A stretch of 57,948 nt of DNA, counting the filler, from an uncultured Actinomycetes bacterium (GTDB taxonomy: Bacteria; Actinomycetota; Acidimicrobiia; Spongiisociales; DATADW01), in NCBI GenBank assembly GCA_963824995.1. It is 4 parts of 4 records of this genome, joined end to end, with 100 filler letters (N's around TTAATTAATTAA, not from the genome) between each part and the next. Parts side by side here need not be neighbours in the genome. Positions count along the whole stretch, not along the records: positions 46,807 to 57,948 come from CAWGRK010000017.1; 3 more parts are not named here. One strand, given 5' to 3'. The notes under the pieces were generated by a model. That model was not told the DNA's origin and did no database searches. It saw only the letters and a list, made by a program, of their open reading frames with translations. Shown here piece by piece: positions 54,306-57,948 of this stretch (position 1 is the first letter of the stretch; each line of letters begins with the position of its first letter). A program made the translations under genes and the position numbers.

Positions 54306-54402
54306 AGCAATGTGGCTGTAGCGCCACAGGGCGCTGAAGCAATGTGGCTGTAGCGCCACAGGGCGCTGAAGAGAAGACGGCGGACGGCAGACGGCAGACG
54401 GC
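54288..54402 (+). repeat. 32-bp tandem repeat (2.6 copies) of the M15 gene 3' end followed by an AGACGGC heptamer array
   Basis: AGCGCCACAGGGCGCTGAAGCAATGTGGCTGT at 54288 and 54320, partial at 54352; four heptamers at 54375-54402. Confidence 0.9.
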
Positions 54403-54687
54403 TCCCCCTCCCGGTTGTCAAGACCGAGGACATGCTTTACAGGGGGTTGGGGGGAAGGTGACTCCCACCGCTCGCCTCGAGTCACCCCCACCGGTCGTTC
54501 CGCTCGCGCTTTCCCCGGACCGGGAGAGGCGGGGATCATCCGCCTTCCGTCTGGTTGGACCACCACCCTCGGTACAGTCTTTCCGCGACCGCCTTCCCGC
54601 CGATTGGAACCGAAATCGGCATCCCGATCGAACATAAGCCGACCGCGATCCGAGATGTTGAGCATGGAATTCTCTGACGGTGCCAAC

Positions 54688-56416
54688 TTGAGAATCCTCC
54701 GGTCCGTCCTGGCGATCTTCTTCGCCGTCACTGTGCTGGTGGTGCTTCAGGCGGGGCCGGCGCTGGCACATGCCGAGTTGATCGCCACCGAGCCGGCCGA
54801 CCATGCCTCGCTCGATGAGCCGCCGACGGAGGTGGTGCTCACCTTCACCGAGGAGGTGACCGCCCTGCCGGGCGCCATCCGGGTGTTCGATGCGAACGGT
54901 GAGCGGGTGGACGAGGGATCGGTCCAGGGCGCCGCAGGGATCGACCGAGTTGATCACACCTCTCAACCCAGGTTTGGCCGATGGCGCGTACATCGTCTCC
55001 TGGAGTGTCGTGTCCCTCGATGACCACCCGATCCGGGGCGCCTTCGTCTTCCAGGTAGGGAGCGGTCCCGCCGCCGACGACGATCTGATCGCTTCGATTC
55101 TTAGTGGCGCCGCTGCCTCCGGGGCGAGGGCGGCGGGAGTCGCAGTTCGCTGGATCACATACGCCGGTTCGTTGGTGGCCGTCGGCGCCGCCGCCATGCT
55201 CTTCTCGCTGCGGGCCGAGACGGCCCGGATGGAGGTGCGAAGGCTGGTGCTCATCGCAGCCGCAATAGGCGTGATCGGGTCGGTCCTCTCGGTGCCCGTC
55301 CAAGCGGCCGAGGTGAGCGGTCTCGGCTGGTCGGTGGTCTCCGCCCCCGACCTGCTTTCCGAAGTGCTGGCCGGTGGGGTGGGGCAGGCTGCCTTGGTGC
55401 GGATCGCCGGTCTGGTGGCACTGATGGTGGCGGTCTGGGCCCTGGGCAAGTCGCGGAACCTCCCCGTGGCGCTCGCCGGCCCAGCGGCGGCGGTGGTGCT
55501 GGTCGCCGACCTACTGACCGGGCACACCGTCACCACCGAGCCGGTCTGGCTGGCGATGTCCGCCGACATCGTGCATCTGGCTGCGGCGGCGCTCTGGGCG
55601 GGCGGCATGGTCGCCCTGCTGGTGGCGATGCACTCGTTCCGCGCCGAGGACGATCCGCTTGGGGCGGCGGAAGCAGTGAAGGCCTTCTCCAGGATGGCCA
55701 CCTGGAGCGTCGCCGCCTTGGCGATTGCCGGAGCAGTGCTCGGCTGGCTCGAGGTCCGGACCTTCGATGCCCTCATCAGCACGACCTACGGGCGGACACT
55801 GCTGGTCAAGGTGGCCCTTGGCGGGGCGGTCATCGCCGTCGGCGCCTACAACAACCGGGCTCTGGTCCCCGCCGTCGAGCGGACGGCGGTGGCCATACCG
55901 GTGGCGGTGTCGGTGGGTGGCGGGAGCGCCAATCCTCCCGAACCGCCGCCGCCCGAGCCCGCTGCGGCCTGGACGAGGCTGCGCCGCACCATGATCTGGG
56001 AGGTGGTGGGTCTCGCCCTCGTGGTCGCCGTGACTTCGGTCCTGGTCAACCTCCAGCCGGCGGCCGAGGCCGCTGGCGTGACCGGCGCCTTCTCCACGTA
56101 CGTACCGCTGGGCAGCGACGGGAGCCAGGTGAATCTGGTGGTGGACCCCAACCAGGCCGGACCCAATCAGGTCCACGCCTATCTGATCGACCCGAGTGGA
56201 AGGCCGGCCGACCTCGGCGAAAGCGTCGGGTTCGTGTTCACGCTTCCCGATCAAGAGGTCGGGCCGATCGAGCGGGAACCGATCCACGCCGGCACGGGCC
56301 ACTATCTCCACACTGGCCCTGAACTGGCGATTCCGGGCACATGGGAGATCGATATCGTGGTCAGGTCGGAGTTCGAGGACACCTCGGCGACGGTGGAGGT
56401 AGCGGTCAACCCATGA
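54688..56416 (+). CDS. Copper resistance CopC/CopD fusion (YcnJ-like), frameshift near 54945; start approximate
   Basis: Signal ALA-HAEL, VSLDDHPIRG, TGH, DIVHLAAAALWAGG, FSRMA, YGRTLLVK, C-terminal PGTW domain. Confidence 0.9.
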
Positions 56417-57180
56417 GAGGCCGGATTGCTATCTGCCTTCTCCTCATCGTCAGTGTGGTCCTCATCGCTTCGCCGGCCCTGGCCCACGTCGAGGTGAGCC
56501 CGACCGAGCTTCCCGAGTCGAGTTCGCAGGAACTGGTCTTCAGCTACCACCACGGGTGCGAGGGCCTTGCCACCGACGCTCTTGAGGTGCTGCTCCCCGA
56601 GGGCGTCGAGGTCACGTCGATGGGTGGCCCCGAAGGGTGGCAGTCCACGATCGAAGAGACCGAAGACGGGCAGGTGATCGTGTGGTCCGGCCCTGCGGTC
56701 CCAGACGGGGTAGAGGCCGAGTACCCGGTTGAATTGAATCTTCCCGCCGGAGCGGGGGCCACGCTCTACTTCCCCACCATCCAGGGGTGCGGCCCGGACA
56801 ACGAGGTCCGTTGGATCGAGATCCCGGCTGAGGGCCAGGATCCGGAGGAACTGGCCGAGCCGGCGCCGGCCGTCCTATTGGTCGACAACCCGGACGCGAC
56901 CACGACCACCACCGAGGCGACCACGACCACCACCGAGGCGACCACGACGACGACGGAGGCGACCACGACAACGTTCGAGATCACCCCAACCTCGGCGCCC
57001 GATACCACCGGCTCCTCCGCTGCCTCAACCACGGTGGCGGCCACGACCACACCGTCCCCGTCCACCACGGCCGCCGCGACCGAGGGCGGGGGGACATTGC
57101 CCGTGGCGCTCGCCGTTGGAGGAGCAGCGGTGGTGGCCGTCGGTGCTTTCGCATTGGCCAGAAGCCGCAATAGGCAGTGA
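56413..57180 (+). CDS. YcnI/DUF1775 copper-binding protein with Thr-rich stalk and C-terminal anchor
   Basis: ALA-HVEV, HGCEG, FPTIQGC, WIE...PAP, (TTTTTEA)n, TM plus basic tail. Confidence 0.85.
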   Translation: MRGRIAICLLLIVSVVLIASPALAHVEVSPTELPESSSQELVFSYHHGCEGLATDALEVLLPEGVEVTSMGGPEGWQSTIEETEDGQVIVWSGPAVPDGVEAEYPVELNLPAGAGATLYFPTIQGCGPDNEVRWIEIPAEGQDPEELAEPAPAVLLVDNPDATTTTTEATTTTTEATTTTTEATTTTFEITPTSAPDTTGSSAASTTVAATTTPSPSTTAAATEGGGTLPVALAVGGAAVVAVGAFALARSRNRQ

Positions 57181-57948
57181 GATGGTGGCTCAAGGTCGGT
57201 GGGCTCGCCCTGTTGTTGCTCGTCGTCGAGGCAGGTCCGGTGCGGGCCGACCCTGCCCGGCCGTCGAATTTCGTTTCCGAAGTCGTCCAGGTTGATCCGG
57301 CGGGACTCCCTGCAGAGTTCCGAGTGGTGGGGGGCGACTCGTTTCTCGAAGTGACCGTCGAACCGGGTCACACCGTCGAGATCCCTGGTTACCAAGAGGA
57401 GCCGTACATCCGGGTCGAGACGGATGGGACCGTCCTGGTCAACGACCGTTCACCGACAAGGTGGGTGAACGACGACCGCTACGGGCTGGTCACCCCGCCA
57501 GCAGACGCCGCCGCCGACGCTCCTCCCGATTGGGTCGAGGTCGCCACCGGGGGTCGCTACGCCTGGCACGACCATCGAATCCACTGGATGACCCCTGACC
57601 AGCCCCCGCCGGTGGTGCAGGGAGAGCCGGTCGAGGTGATGGACTGGACAATCCCGGTTGTGGTGGATGGCCAGGCCGCCGAGGTCATGGGCACCCTCCG
57701 TTGGCTCCCACCGGTGAGTCCGCTGCCGGCGATCGGTGTTGGGCTGCTGGCCGCCGTTCCGGTTCTGCTCGTGTGGAGAGCGAGGCCCTTCCTGGCCGGA
57801 GTCATCGCGGTTGGGGCAGGTGGCATCGCTGCGCTGACCGTTGCCTTCTCGTCGCTTTCGGTGTCGCCACCGGGCGCCGGGGGTGAGTTTCTCATCTGGG
57901 GTCCCCCCGCCCTGGCGGTGATGGGGGCAGTGGCTGCATTGCTGCTCT
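57177..57948 (+). CDS. Conserved exported membrane protein, runs off the window end
   Basis: Signal peptide, DPARPSNF, VVGGDSFL, GYQEEPYIR, WHDHRIHWM, C-terminal TMs; GTGA overlap with ycnI. Confidence 0.7.
   Translation, partial: MRWWLKVGGLALLLLVVEAGPVRADPARPSNFVSEVVQVDPAGLPAEFRVVGGDSFLEVTVEPGHTVEIPGYQEEPYIRVETDGTVLVNDRSPTRWVNDDRYGLVTPPADAAADAPPDWVEVATGGRYAWHDHRIHWMTPDQPPPVVQGEPVEVMDWTIPVVVDGQAAEVMGTLRWLPPVSPLPAIGVGLLAAVPVLLVWRARPFLAGVIAVGAGGIAALTVAFSSLSVSPPGAGGEFLIWGPPALAVMGAVAALLL

Noticed and set aside
54288..54371. Mini-CRISPR (palindromic 20-bp repeat three times)
   Set aside because: Intervening 12-mers are identical and too short, and no cas genes are present.
1246..56416. Many frameshifts suggesting mass pseudogenisation or programmed frameshifting
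   Set aside because: They hit core genes (kgd, dcd, thrB, kdpA) with motifs intact on both sides and no shared slippery motif; best explained as sequencing indels.
56899..56970. 21-bp tandem repeat
   Set aside because: Encodes an ordinary TTTTTEA linker in YcnI.

Overview
High-GC actinobacterial DNA, most consistent with Acidimicrobiia (inferred from the fused Kgd/SucA, bS22, PAC2 and actinobacterial Tad genes). Four contigs are joined by artificial 100-nt N gaps containing a TTAATTAATTAA linker (13094-13193, 24158-24257, 46707-46806), so adjacency across gaps is unreliable. Many genes carry single-base frameshifts that look like sequencing errors; gene models below were stitched across frames by eye. 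Contig 1: THI5-like ABC binding lipoprotein, cyclase plus TPP enzyme, a polymorphic toxin/immunity pair between two copies of a Uma2 5' end, kgd, kynureninase. Contig 2: KimA-like permease, DUF4118 protein, kdpFABCDE, start of aceE. Contig 3: rpsF-ssb-rpsR-rplI, convergent dnaB, dcd, tRNA-Gly, thrB, bS22, ECF sigma, oxoprolinase, a 30-aa repeat protein and a SARP-kinase-STAND regulator. Contig 4: Tad pilus genes, rplY-pth, M15 peptidase, copCD-ycnI. The most unusual signal is non-coding: two families of 7-nt tandem arrays that sit at promoters and operon junctions and repeatedly accompany duplicated gene ends, clearest as three tandem copies of the dcd promoter and 5' end.
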